The position numbers and the translations under genes were made by a program. The notes under the pieces are model-generated. The model had not been told where the DNA came from, did no database searches, and saw only the letters and a program-made list of their open reading frames with translations. From positions 1 to 64,000 of the forward strand of contig JAHLTZ010000033.1 of NCBI GenBank assembly GCA_025786725.1: 64,000 nucleotides of DNA, in the 5' to 3' direction. Below are positions 24,426 through 38,239 of the stretch, in pieces. This stretch comes from Syncephalis fuscata S228 (Eukaryota > Fungi > Zoopagomycota). Position 1 is the first letter of the stretch. Every line of letters starts with the position of its first letter.

Positions 24426-25307
24426 TTAATCACATATTAGCTCAATTATACGTGTCTCCTTGCGATGTGATGCTAATAAATACTGAGCATTGAGGTGGTC
24501 ATTTTGATCGATCCTTTGCTGTGCTTGCTCCTCATTATGTGCTACAGCAAATTTAATAATTAATACCGTATTAAAATCAATGTACTAGCATACCCAGTCC
24601 AGCCTCTTGGTGTCTTTTAACAAGTCGATCATAAGCAATTTGCCAATTGGATAGCTGTGTAAACCAGATAGCATCAAACGGTGCCTCCGACCAAGGTGAT
24701 TCATCAAGTGCAATGTATAATCCTTCTACAATCAGTAGACGATGTCTCAATTGTATCATGGTAGATTAATACGCCAAATAGACATTATTTAATTAGTGTT
24801 GCCAACTTACGATGGTTGAATTGTTATACCATTTGGTACGGGATCTCCAACAGAATGATCGAAACTAGGCCAGATTGTTGCATATTGATGGACGTGTTTT
24901 TGATTTGAGCAACATGGTCAACAAACTCTATGCAGCTCATTTAATGGCAGGTAAGCCGATCATGGTCAACGTACCTTGAGCGTCAAATGTCCAAACAGAT
25001 CCTCTTCGCCGAAATGCAAGTTCTGGATCCTAATATGACAAAATAAGATGGTGAAATCTTTTATTAAACTACATACTGGCATTGCGCGTAACTGCTCTTT
25101 CGTCAAATGGAAACCATCCATGGAAAGAGCAATTGCGACAGGCGCATTTGATTGTTTGTTGATTGATTCGACTAAGCGATGTGATAGCCATGTTTTACCG
25201 GCACCTGGTACACCGGCAATACCTAGTAAATACCGTTCGTTTGAAGGTAGACTGTCAAGAACTTTAAGCAGCTCATTACTCAATTGGTCGACAGTAGTGG
25301 TGGCCAT
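24426..25307 (-). CDS. Yfh7-like P-loop kinase (PRK/uridine/pantothenate kinase family), multi-exon
   Basis: GIAGVPGAGKT, SMDGFH, RRGSVWTFD, FDHSVGDP, IVEGLY and RLVKRH. Confidence 0.85.
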
Positions 25308-25592
25308 GCTAAAAGAATAAAGATAGTATTAAAATAAATTAACTGCCAGTTCTATTTTATTATTGGCTACATTTAACCATGTTCATATAAAGTTTATCAT
25401 TCATTTAATAATAAAACTTTGTATTGTACATACATAAATCATTGGTAGTAGTAAAGTTAAAATGGCCAAATATGTTTATTAAACACTTATATAGACGCAA
25501 TATATTATTATTACTATATCTATTTACATGTACTAATGTCATAGTAAATACGCAAGTTTTACCAGGTACTAAAACATGTATTTGCTTTATTC

Positions 25593-26189
25593 TTAGGCAA
25601 GGTAAAAGACGGCACCAATTACGGCCGCAATACCGGTTAGTAGACCGTTTGCGACAAGGTTACCGTTCATTGAGCTGACACCGACATTCGAGCCTTCTTG
25701 AGAAGGAGTCGTGGTTGACGATGCTGTTGGTGTTGATGTGTTTTTAGAGGCAGTGACAGTTTCCTTTGGTAGGTTAGCGCAAAGAGCAGATACAACGCCT
25801 TCCTGGACCTTTTTCTGGCCTATCATGGTCGCATTGGTACATCCGTTGTAGCAGAGTACAACGTCCTTATTACGCTGGCAAAGACATTTAGGTTCATTCT
25901 CACAGCGCTCAATGTAGTCCTTTCTGTCGACCATACATTGGTCAAACACTTCCTATAAAGCGTAAATAAAAAAACAGCGTTAATAAAGCAGTTATAAAAT
26001 AAATACTCTTTATCGGCCAAATAGCCAGCAAATGTGCACACATATTGCAGTGTACAGCCATTTGTTAAGCATTTTATCGATGCAACTGGTATCTAGAAAG
26101 CATATTTAACTTACCGGACTACAGTCGGCGGAGACGAATTGAACAGCAGCAAGTGCATTAAAAGCAATCAAGGCGGCGATAAGCTTCAT
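25593..26189 (-). CDS. Small secreted 8-Cys, Ser/Thr-stalk, probably GPI-anchored protein (exons 26189-26115, 25952-25593)
   Basis: Signal MKLIAALIAFNALAAVQFVSA; C-x7-C-x10-C-x5-CxC-x8-CYxxC-x19-C; S/T-rich linker; hydrophobic C-terminus. Confidence 0.85.
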
Positions 26190-29100
26190 GGCGACAATGT
26201 ATAAAAGACTAAAGTATTACTAAAGTAAGGGTGAATTTACAGACAAAGCCGTAATATTATAAATCTCGAGGAAGAGCCCGATGGGAATAGGACAGCAGTA
26301 TAAAATAAAGAGAAGTTTAATAAACGATAAATACGAAAGAACAGGCGGACAAGTGAAAAAGTGGGCGTAAAAATGCATGGTGGACCCATTTAGCTCTCGC
26401 CTAATTCACCAATAAGCCAATGCCATTATGGGTGTACGGCATATGAATGGGCCAATCACTGTCGTTCTTGCCATACCATTTTCATCGGGTGATATGGATG
26501 TGTAAATGTGAGCAGGTTTGCAAGGGAGTAGAGTAAAAAGCTGTAAAACAGGAGATGAGTTACTGCGTGCGTGCGTGCGTGCGTATGTATGTATGTGTGT
26601 ATAGTGTGAGTGTACTTAGGATGTATGAGTGCGTAAATGTAAAAGACTAAGAAATGAGCAACCCAGTGCGAGGACGATCTTTGCACCCGCTCATCATCCG
26701 CTCATCCATCTACTTGCTTACGTGCTTATCGTAGACACATAACTACGATCCTTGCACTACATTACAGCTGTCATACTATTGACTGATCAATGCAAGCGAT
26801 ATAATATGTCATTCCGGCAAATCTAGACACATGGTAGAATCGCTTGATTAGAGCGTATGTTGTGTCGCCTTTTATCCATATATACGCCAATAAAACAACA
26901 CGAGCCACTTTCAATGGTTTTGCATCTCTTTTGCAAATTTGTTACAAATTTTTATACCATTAATGGAATACTCCATACCCGAACCAAACAAACGAAGTAA
27001 TCTTTAATAAAAAAAGACTAGTATCCGTGTTCAGTGTTTATTTTCGGCACTTTGCTGATTATTGGGGAAAAACATGGTGTCATTGTTTATCGGGCCCAGC
27101 CTCTTCATGTCGGGCGCTAGTAAGCCATGACGCCGGTCTTACATCATGCTATCTTTTGTGACTAGATTTAAAGCGGTCACCGCTGGGAATACCATTTGCC
27201 GCGACAATAGATAGATTATTCGATACGATAGATAACTATTATTCTGCCACTACAGCTGCAGCACAGCTGCTGCGGAAGTGGAAGAAAATAAAACACTAAT
27301 ACTTGTATAATACTTGTATGGTGGCAGATGTCAACGCCAAACATTTTAAGCATGATGCACGTGGCTCGTGAAGCTCTAGCCAGCATCGATGCAACAGTAA
27401 CAGGCATCGAGTCCATCGACGCGAAGGCCGCTAGCAAATAACTGCTAGACAACGATGGCATGTCAGTGGTACTGAGCGGAACCAACCATGTGGCGGCCCC
27501 CTACATACATGGCAGATGCAAGACGACCTTTGGCATTACGGCTGTGATCAATAACGATTTAGCGGAGGCCACGCGGTTTTGACGAATCATCATAATGACT
27601 AGAATGGACGGCTACAACGACTGTCTCCACCGATGAATGAAGAAATGAATGAAGAAATGACATCAAATGGCGTCTCGTTTGTACTCCGCTCCGCTCTCCG
27701 CACAGTTGGCTTCCGTTCTCCGTTCTCGCCCAGGCCCAGTCGCATCAGGTTTCGTAGGGCCGCGTGGCAACTCGGCCTAAATATACATTTATTCTTTTGC
27801 TCTTCCAGACGACATTATTACATCTCTTTTATTTTCTTTTCATTTAGCCTGACCGTTTAATACTAGGCTTATTAGTATAACGTTTCTTTGTCTATTCTTG
27901 TCGGAACACTGACGAGCATTGTCTCCATTATTGAACTGCCAGCCATCGTCAACTAGGTAAATATATGCAGTTAAAAAGCCGCCTACCGCCGGCCGTTGAA
28001 GTTGTACACTATCGCTGGTATATGTTTCATTATGTTCCAAATACTTTCAGTTAGGCTATTATGGCCATGGCGGTTGGCTTTAGCCCAACCAATGCCACAC
28101 CTTGCACGCCATGTGGTATGATGCCCAAAACTTGCTTAATTTCATGTGTTGTTATTGTTGTTGTTGATGTTGCTATCATCTTATCGTGCTGAGCTCCTTA
28201 ATCCAAGCGCCATTTCGTGATAGTGGGGTATGTTTAAGGCCTTGAGGTCTCTTAGAGTACTCTTTTGCATGTCTGAATCGTCGATAATTCATGCCATGCA
28301 CACTTTATTATATATCACGTGGCGTACATAGCAAATGAACGAAATGAGGCAAAAGCTGCCAATTACTGCAATGCATGTCTTGACAAATCTATTACAGCAA
28401 CACCATCGCGCTCACTTATTCATTTACTTATCCGCTATTTACTCATTCATTTACTTGTTTATTTATTCGCTCATCCGTCCAGTCTATTAATACCATCTAT
28501 TTCTATCGTGCTTGATATAAGCATTACCTATTACATCGGTGTAACTGTTACCTATTTCCCCCTGGCTATTGATCTTTCCTGTCCTACCGTGCCGGCCGTG
28601 GCATTCAATTCTATTGACGTCATCTCGGTAACTCGGTAGTTCCCCTTTCTGGTCACGCGGTGTCAACCAAGGCATCTTTTAAGCACGAGTATCAAGCGCA
28701 CCTGAACCCACGTTTGTTACTTTGTCGTATTTTATTAATTGCTTTTACATTTTTATTCAGTACCAAAATCATTGGTAATACCAACAGTAACTGGTAAGGT
28801 GCATGCTGTGTGATATCAAAAAAGAACAAGCACGAGGACATACTAGCAGTTCATGATGTCATACCCTGTTGTTCTGCAAGCAGTTGTGTGTCTCAAACGC
28901 AATTATTGGTGCGGTCTGCACATAAAAGTAATGGGCCTTTGTCTTAAAACGGCAATGTGATTATTGGTTATAATGTTTATTGCTTTATGGAATATTCTAC
29001 CAATTACTGAAATGGTTACAATGAACATCATCAAGACGGTGTTTTCATCCGAGTTTTACTTGATATTCAATTGAACATTATATCCTTTAATAGTATCAAG

Positions 29101-30314
29101 GCCATCAGTGTAATAGCAACGCCAGTAATAGCAGCACAATGAATAGATTTGCTGTGTAGAACAGGATAAGTAATATGCTTATCCAGTCGCCTTGGCTGGG
29201 TGTCACCAGGCAAAGGTATTAGATCCCTTCGTTGGAAACATGTGTCGGTATGCTCGTCTACTACATTTATAGGAAACGAGATTCAACTAGCGAACAAATC
29301 GATAGACATGTATGATAACCAATGATTAAGTACGGAATAACAGTTTATTATTGTTAATATGTGTATATATTTGTGTGTGTGTGTGTGTATATATACACGT
29401 ACATGTACAGTAATATAAACCATTAGTAATGATGTATTAAATAGTGTTGTGTGTGTGAATAGTAGTTATGACTTGGGTGCTATGGTAAAGATAGCCAAAT
29501 ATCATTTATTGAATAGTGATGATCAATTGATTGATGATTGAGTGATGGCGTGATTGAGAGTGAGAGTAAAGGCGATAATAATGATGAGGGGGTGGATGAA
29601 TGAATGAATGAATGACAAGTACAATATCAATAGGACAGAAAAAGAGAGAGTATGGTAGACCATTAAGACCGACAGCGAGGAAGGGAGGGAAGGAGGGAAG
29701 GAGGGGAGTGAAAAAAAGAGAGACAGAAATACTAGTGGATGTAGATAATACAAAGTGAAACAAAAAACCACTTTAATTGATGAGTGTATAAAATACGCTA
29801 TTACTGCCTCTACAGTCCACTTTCTCGAATTACTTCGTGTGCATGCCTCGTTTTTTCATATTCATATTCATTCTATAGGTCTTTTGGCCATTACTCTTTA
29901 TTGCTTATTGGGCTTTTGCATATTCGGTCGACGAGTCTTTGTGCAACAGTGCTAACTACAATTCACTACTTTTATATCTATAGGTGCTGTTGAAGCAGCA
30001 ATTATTCTCTGCATTAAAAGGAATTATTTAAATTCCAACAGACGGTCTGGCGACCAGTCTTATATACTCCATTGAAGAGAACGAATTGGTAAGTAGACAA
30101 TTACCGCGTTTAACATAGACTAATTTCTAATGAATGCTAATAGTTATTCAAAACATACAGACACTGTCATACGTGTGTTTGTGTGTACGTGCGTGAGTGA
30201 GCGAGAACGAGAGTGAAAGTAAGAGATAGTGAACGAGCACATAAGAGTTTGTGTACACGCGTGTTTCTACTTGATTAGAACAACGTGTTTGGCAAGAGTA
30301 AAGATAGCCTCGGC

Positions 30315-31206
30315 ATGTCCACTCAGCTTAACTCTTCTGACTCTGCATTGGCCACGCAGTTATCAGCTGCAGAAATGTTAACAACACAATTATCATCACA
30401 ATCAACAACAACAACAACAACAACACAATCGCCACCATCTCAGTTGCACGAAACAATGATGTTGACCGAAACGATTCAATCTCAGCATCTTACACTTTCT
30501 TCAACGCATGAACACAACATTGATTACAGGCTATTAATCAATACACAGGACGCAAACTGGTCAAAGTGTGAACCAACACCGCCTATGTCACTGACTTCAA
30601 ACGTTTATTGTCAAACACTGTGGGTGGCAGTGACTCAAAAGGAGAAGAGTATAATGACACAATGAATGCCGCCAAAGTCAATAACCACTCTATAGCTTAT
30701 GATGCAGCATTAAAGCTGCTCGACGACTACTTACAAACGTCTCTGCATTTTGATCCAATCGTCTGGAATGGCAGCAGTGCCGATGATGGCCTAATATGCT
30801 GCTATCATGATGTTGTTCTTCGTGGTGACGACTTGCAGCTACTTTTGCCTGGCCAGTGGCTAAATGACACATGGATAGAATTCTTTTACGAGTAAGTAGC
30901 TGGCAGATACATTCTAGATTGAGTGCGGTCGCGTTTGCATAGGTTGCACAACTGCGACAGATACACGCTGGTTACCATAAGCATGGTGGTGTGACCAATC
31001 TATGTGGCCACAGTAGTTGTATGCATGAATGCATGGTCAAGCCTTTTGGTAGATCCAAAAGCTAGTATTTTGGCCGCGTTATTTGTAAACATGGTAGAAG
31101 ATTAAGTATTGGTGTGCGGATTGCATATATCTGCGCGTGAGTGAGTGTGAGGTGGCATATGAACCTATGACTATCTTTTGTAGTTGTATGTATGTATGTA
31201 TGTATG

Positions 31207-31239
<33 letters not shown>

Positions 31240-32472
31240 GAAGGAGGATAGCCAAAAGTGCGCGTGGGTATGTGTGATATGTCAAAACTGACCTGCAGTC
31301 ATGAACGAATAAGCAGTCGGTCTTAGACTTGCATATATCAATTACTTCTGATGGACGTGTGTGATATGACTGCTGCTGCTGCTGTTGCCGCTGCTGTTGT
31401 TCCATGAACAAAGAAAACAGTTGCTATTTATTTTATGGGGCGGTGCATATGACTGTGTAATGATTACTATTAGATAGTGTTGTTGTTTATTGCTGTGCTA
31501 TGTTTATGGGTCACTACATCATTATCTAATGTTGTCTCCCTCGCACTTCCCCCTCCTCACCCCTGCAGGTATCTTGAACGACAAGTAATCCAGACTGAGG
31601 AAATTCTTTTGATGCGCCCTTCCATGGCCCACATGGTCGCGCAAAGCACGAGTAAGTTCAGCATTATTAAAGATACGCGTGGGCACTAATGACGACAAGT
31701 AGATCCAGCAGAGTATTTATCCGTATTACCGCCACATCTGCATGAACGGCCGTGTCTTTCTGCCCATTAATAATCATACTCGATTAGACAGCTCGGGTGG
31801 CAGTCATTGGTAGGCACTACTTCTACTGTTTTTGCTAAAGATGTAACACTAATGGCCATACAGGTCGCTACTCGTTTATACGCGTCACACGGATACGTTC
31901 TACTATTACGATTCGATGAATATATCAAACTTAAGTGCTGCACGTAATATGGCAGCCAAAGCGGCTATCGTGCTCAACACAAGACGTAAGTATGATTGGT
32001 CAAAAGACATCTGAATACACTATAACTAATAAGTTATGTATAGGCCCAAAATTTATTATGATGCCAACACCGCAACAAGATAACAGTACGTAAATTGCTA
32101 TTTAACATTGAGCATAGTATTAACACTACGATGATAGGCTATGATTGTGGCATTTATGTCATTAGTATTACCGAATTGCTTTGCAAGCGGTTACTTCGCA
32201 CAGCTTTAATATCCAAGTCTAAATCCGATACGATGCGTATCAAATCAGCCACCGAAGAGGATAAAGACTGCATTAGTATATTGAAACGACGCCCAGTATC
32301 CGCATCAGATGGTGATATTCGAGCATGGAAGATTGAGGTAGAGCAATGCTTGGAACAGCGCTTACGAATGTCCGACTTTGACTTGCCATCGACCACGTTC
32401 ACTCGAAAGTTTTTAAAAGAGCTTGTGGTAAAGTTTTGTGAAATTCAGCTCCTTTCTAATAATACCAGCTAA
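30315..32472 (+). CDS. NEDD8-specific protease (SENP8/NEDP1-like, Ulp1/C48 family); start uncertain; ~680-nt intron 30892-31568
   Basis: YHDVVLRGDDLQLL...WLNDTWIEFFYE, LPINN, GGSHWSLL, YYYDS and PQQDNSYDCGIYV (His-Asp-Cys triad). Confidence 0.85.
31185..31236. repeat. (TGTA)13 microsatellite inside the SENP8-like intron
   Basis: Direct reading. Confidence 0.95.
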
Positions 32473-35400
32473 GCAAGACTGCGTGTGTCTATGGTGGCCG
32501 CATCTTACCCTTTCTCTATTCCATGGACAGCAGCAGTACTTCAATAGTCCATAAACATCATCGATTGATTGTCTGGTAGCGCGCGCTGCTTAGCGTGGCC
32601 ATTATGTATGCCACAACCTCTGATTGCTATTAGAATCACACCTCTTATTTTGCTGCCATTCTTTCTTCATTAAGCTGCATTCGTTTTATTCTTGTACTGC
32701 AGTCCAGTCGCTCTTTTCCCTATGATTAGACATGATAATTACCGGCCATACTCTGGTTAAACTGTAGCAAGTACAACAACAGAACTAGTAGCGGTCCTAT
32801 CTTAACCAGCCAGCCAGCCTCACTTTTGCCATTTTTTCCTTTTTCATTGGCATCTCATTTTCTCTATACACACCTACACTTACACATACACATCCATTGC
32901 TTTTATCATTTATTTTCTCTGTTATTCATATGCTTGGAGCACCTCTTTTTCTGTATCACTGGATGCACATTGTTTTACTATAACCACATGCGTATACTCC
33001 TTGTTTCTTATCTTAAATTTTGTCCTATTGTGCTTATTTCTTTTAGTCAATGACTAGAATAGAGTCGGTATTTGCGAGAATGGCCGATATCCATTGATAT
33101 TTTTTTAAAAAAAGCACTTTCTAGCCAGCCAATTCCTATACTACATTTATATACTATTATCCAACATCTAGTATTCCAATTACGTGCAACTCCACTTTGC
33201 TTTGTTACAGGATCTGACTATGCTCTATACCACTTATCTTTATCTATCATTTATCCGTTCATACCTACAAATATATCATCCAACAGCAATAGGAGTTGGC
33301 CAACTATGCCTCTCCATTATTATTCACTTTCATTTCGCTCAATTAACAGCACCACGGCTCATCCATTCACTCATCTACTCTCCACTCATACACATACAGA
33401 TATATACATATATATACACATTTGCATGTCCACAACTATTTTCTAATCCTATGTACACATTGTTATAGCTATTACCTTCTTGTCCAATTATCCAAATGAC
33501 ATTATTAAACAAACTGTTTATCACACATATTATAACTGAACTATAAAGTGCAATTTTTTACTTTTCTAACCAAGGTGTAGTAATATGAGCGTAAACAATA
33601 AGCGAATACTTCACTTTTAAATAAATATATACAATAGAATGACAGCGAAGCAAAAGACAGACCGCTTAACACAAAAATAGTAAACGCTTATTATGTGACA
33701 ATCTAAGTTATGTAGAGCGATAGCTTAACAATAGGAATGCACGCCGCTGCTATATTGTTTCTTTATTATGTGCAAATACATACATATATTTTAGTAGGAT
33801 ACAATAATACTTATGGATCTTGAAAATGGCGTTTATTAAAAATATAAACTAGTGAAGCAATTACCAGAGAATGTACAACTAACAAATAGCTGTAAACCCT
33901 AGTTATATTATCGGAGCAGAACAAACAGCTTGATAACGAGAAAGCAAACGTAGCGCTGTTCAGTTGCCACGGACTATGTGCTGGAAAGAAGTACTGACGA
34001 GTGAGATGATTCTAGTAGTGGACAAAGAAGAGGAAAGAATTGGTGGAGAAACAATAGCGCATATAGTTAGCACAACTTGTAACAGTATTCTATAGCAAAA
34101 TAAACAACATTCAATAGACTTTTGACAATATAAGTACTGCATAAGAGTGTACACAGTGGATATATGCTGTCAAGTGTGAAGAAAAAAGAAAGGGAAATGT
34201 GATGATGTAGATTATGATCTGTGGAGCCTGTCAGTCAATATTTATAGAGATGCAAATAATTGTATTAACAGCAAAATAAATAATGTTGTAATGTAAAATA
34301 TTAGTTAAATCAAGGAGCTGTTGTGCTTTGACTTTCACATTTTTATCTATTCATTCCATTCCTTAACACTTTTAAATACAATTAAACACTCATTCATCAC
34401 TATTCCATGTATAATATTAGAAAATGAAACAGGCTATTTAGATGCAATAATCCATGTTGTAGATAGATGCAACAACAACAAATGCAGAATGACATGGAAT
34501 TGCAATCATATGGCTTCTATTAATATTCGATCAATCTTTCTACACATGGCCAACAACAACAATAATCGGCCTCAGTGTTTCAAAAAAATCAAACAGTATG
34601 CTACATTGTTTATTTAAATCAATTTATTGATAAATTTTAATAAAAAGTAATGTAACTATGTTGCATATAACAATGACATGACTTTGATTAAAACGAATTT
34701 TGCTTTGAGGCTCAAAATGAAATCCAACCAAGCTGAGTTTGCCACATCAACACAATCACTGCCGAGAACTTGGGTTCAAGCTTCTCCTAGGAGAATGATT
34801 TAAATGCCGAGTGCAAGTTGTATTAAAATGTTTGAAATAGCAGCTACTGATGCTATTTTCTGTTACAATCAATTCTATTTTATGAAAATGATAATAAACG
34901 ATAAAATTACGTTAATGCTTATTGTAAATGATGATTTAAACGCAACTCAACTATTTAAATCATTATGATTGATGTGCAAAAGGATATTTGCTCTGCATTA
35001 TTTCGCCATAACTAGTTACCCCTTTAATTAAGCTGCAACTCGATTGGTTCCATACAATCCACATTATCCAATCAATTGCCAAGTATACTAATCCGCCGTT
35101 ATTGGTGGACTTTTCTAGCCAATAAACGCGATTAAAATAATTGTTGTAAAGAGACGGAACAAGTGCAGAATGACTCACCCGTAAATGTAGATAGACGTGT
35201 TGTTGTTAGATTTACTACATTCACAGTAGTTGGCGGAGTAATCATTGGTCAAACATACCAGAATGTCTTTTTTATTTAAAGCAATACCATTGACAATGGC
35301 TGAGGTCTATTCGCCACACACACACGCACACACGCGATAGGACAATGCAGCGGTGTCTCAGGTTTACTGTTTGGCCAATCGAATGCATATCCAGAATAGC

Positions 35401-36530
35401 AAAATGGTATTGGATGATGAGTGAACCATAGCACTATTTGGCATTGCTATTCGGCATTACTATTGCTGGCCAGTAATACCAGCAGCAGCAGCAGTAGTAG
35501 CGGCAGCAACGGCAGCCTTGGACGATGAACAGGTGTTATGCATGTGTGTATGTGTGTGGTGCCCCTTGCCCAAACCAACTCCACCATTTCATTATCGCTA
35601 TGGCTATTGCCATTGTAGTAATATCGTTGCTACCACTCTTACAAGCCCGATAGCCATTGACATTGGTCCATCCATTGGCTAGTGGTTGCTAATAACAACG
35701 CCTTCCCATGCATTGGTCAAGACTATTCATCCTTTCCGCGCGCTTCATTTTATTCATTTAATTAGTGTTAATAAACATAATGCTGTAAAGTAAAAATAGA
35801 CCTTGGTCATTAGCGATCGTCCCTATTCTTTTATGGCAACCAACTCGCGGGTGTATACCGGTAAAAGAATGCGATTTACTTCTGCTATCCAGCGTGGGCA
35901 CATACGACTTTGATAGAAGGCAGAGGGGAAAAGGACAGGAACGGTGACTGGTTCTTTGCACTCGTGCAATTCATAGATTTTCCTCTTTGGTTCATCTGCA
36001 TCGTTTAGCATTCTCGCTCTTTTCGATTAGTTTCGCGTGTGCGTAGGTGCATGTGGCACTCATTTCATCTTACTGTTTCTTTCTTTCTCTCTTTCTTTCT
36101 CTCTTATTTCCTTCGCTGTGTTGGCCTGTCTATCTTTCTCTTTTCTCCATTTATTTCATCCATTTCTGCTCTGTTTGCTCGGTGGTTCTTTGCTTTCTAT
36201 TTTTATTCTATGATTTGCAATCGATTATAAACAATATTAGTTTCAATTTTAAGCTTTGATTTGGGTAATTTTCTGCTTTAAAGATTGCAATATCCGTGCA
36301 ATAGTTGTATTTTCTGTGGTAGTAAAGTTATAAACGCTATCGTTTATTTTATTTCTCTTTCATCAGCATCAATCTAATAGACCACAAACAAAAAGAGTAC
36401 AAATCGTTTGTGAAATAACACCTTTAATTGCAAGTGTAGTTGTATTCTGACACAATACATTTTCGGTATACGTAACGACCACCACACCTTTATTACTGCT
36501 TTCTTCTTGACACGCAAACAAACACGTGCC

Positions 36531-37688
36531 ATGGATCGTCTAGCTAGACCAAATGACACAGACACTCGCTTAGAGGCAGCCCGTGCTCTCATTGCACTTC
36601 ATGATAATAGCGATAGTGACCAAGACCATGAGTATGAGTGTGACAGGTATTATTACCAACAACAACAGCATCAGCAGCAACAACAACGGCATAACCATTG
36701 CCCGACTACCTTGTACCCTGACCATCATCATACGTATCACTCGTTACCTTCTCCCAGCCGAGGTTGTCGTTCTAATTCTAATGTCAATTTAGAATATCGT
36801 GAACGATCTACATTTGCCCCAGTATATAGCCATCACTCGTCATCAGGGCCATTACCACCACCGCCAGCATTGTCACAAACAGTAGCGGAACCCCCATCAT
36901 CACCGGTTCACTTTCCCATCCATCCTTTGCGGTGTGACACCAGCGGGTCGTCTCGTTCAACGTTGCCTTTGGTTAGAATGTCGCCTGTGTTACCTTCGCC
37001 CGCACGTTCCCCCACTCCGCCGTCACCATCATTTCCACGGCAGCAACAGCAGCAATACCAACACCGCCATTCACAGCAGCATCAGCAGCATCCTTTATCG
37101 ACTCGTTACCATCAGTTACGACCGATCGCACCGGCATCACCATCAGTGTCATTGCTAACATCTCCCCATCATACAAGTCTAGCAAATATTTCCCCCACTA
37201 TAGCGTCACATTCATACGCTCAACCATCGCCTTATGATGCGGATAATGTTTATAACTATACGGATGCAGCAACAACAGTGATGGCCGCATCTCCCAAATG
37301 TCTACAACCTGTTCATAGTGCGCCTTATTCTCGTCCTTCTTCGTCGCCATCATCTCGTCGCCATCGACACTCGACATCACCTTTGCCGCCTGCACGCCAT
37401 ATATCCACCTCGACCACGTCACCATCGCGTTCAATACGCCCATCCATGGTACGCATCGCCCCCGCTCCTACCAACCATACATCCGCCGATATTTACACCT
37501 ATCGAGTCCCTCCAAAGGTGGCCAAACCTGTTAGGAGTACTGCATTTGCAGGCTACCGCATTCCGCCGACGGCTGCATCCATCGCATCAACGCTTCAGCG
37601 ACGAGAGCGGGAACGTATGGCGCGACAGGCAGCAGGAATTGAGCGCATGCGACAATTTCTAGCTGATCGCTCTACTACAGCTCGCTAG
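36531..37688 (+). CDS. Uncharacterised S/P/Q/H-rich disordered protein, single exon
   Basis: Long GC-richer ORF in an AT-rich context, with poly-Q and many SP motifs; no recognisable domain. Confidence 0.7.
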   Translation: MDRLARPNDTDTRLEAARALIALHDNSDSDQDHEYECDRYYYQQQQHQQQQQRHNHCPTTLYPDHHHTYHSLPSPSRGCRSNSNVNLEYRERSTFAPVYSHHSSSGPLPPPPALSQTVAEPPSSPVHFPIHPLRCDTSGSSRSTLPLVRMSPVLPSPARSPTPPSPSFPRQQQQQYQHRHSQQHQQHPLSTRYHQLRPIAPASPSVSLLTSPHHTSLANISPTIASHSYAQPSPYDADNVYNYTDAATTVMAASPKCLQPVHSAPYSRPSSSPSSRRHRHSTSPLPPARHISTSTTSPSRSIRPSMVRIAPAPTNHTSADIYTYRVPPKVAKPVRSTAFAGYRIPPTAASIASTLQRRERERMARQAAGIERMRQFLADRSTTAR

Positions 37689-38239
37689 TTTATTCATTAT
37701 TTTATTTGTTTACTCTTTATTATTTTACTCATTTTCTTTGTATCGACTGATGAAATATCTTTATTTAAATTATCATCAAATATTCTTTATTATTTTTATA
37801 GCTTATACTAATGTATTATTATCCAATTGTTTTAATAAAAATACATTTACCTACATTACTATTAGTATTACTGTACCGAATAATATAAATGCATTGACGT
37901 AGTTGGCGTGGGTTAATTAAATTATAGTAATGTAGTACTACTATTATTATCAACATTAATACACTAATTACCATGCATCTAGACCATATTTGAAGTTATT
38001 GACATTTTGATATTTTTGAAATAATAAATAAAATAGCAAGATTTTGTAATTTGGAAACATCTATAATGATAGTCACTTTGAATTGATACTGTCCACATTA
38101 GTTTATTGTGTTACAATAAAAAGGAATGACGCGTACAGTCGCCTATACTAAAAACTTCAGCCAAATTACGTATGCTATAACTATCGCTGCTGCCATACTT
38201 AACTATACTATTTGTCAATAGCCTTTATTTTCTATTAAA

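Noticed and set aside
26400-30000. Short ORFs and GC-richer patches between the GPI gene and the SENP8-like gene
   Set aside because: No recognisable motifs or consistent exon chain; several ORFs derive from simple repeats. No ncRNA could be identified by eye.
32800-36400. Hydrophobic F/L/I/S-rich ORFs
   Set aside because: By-products of pyrimidine-rich UTR and intergenic sequence.
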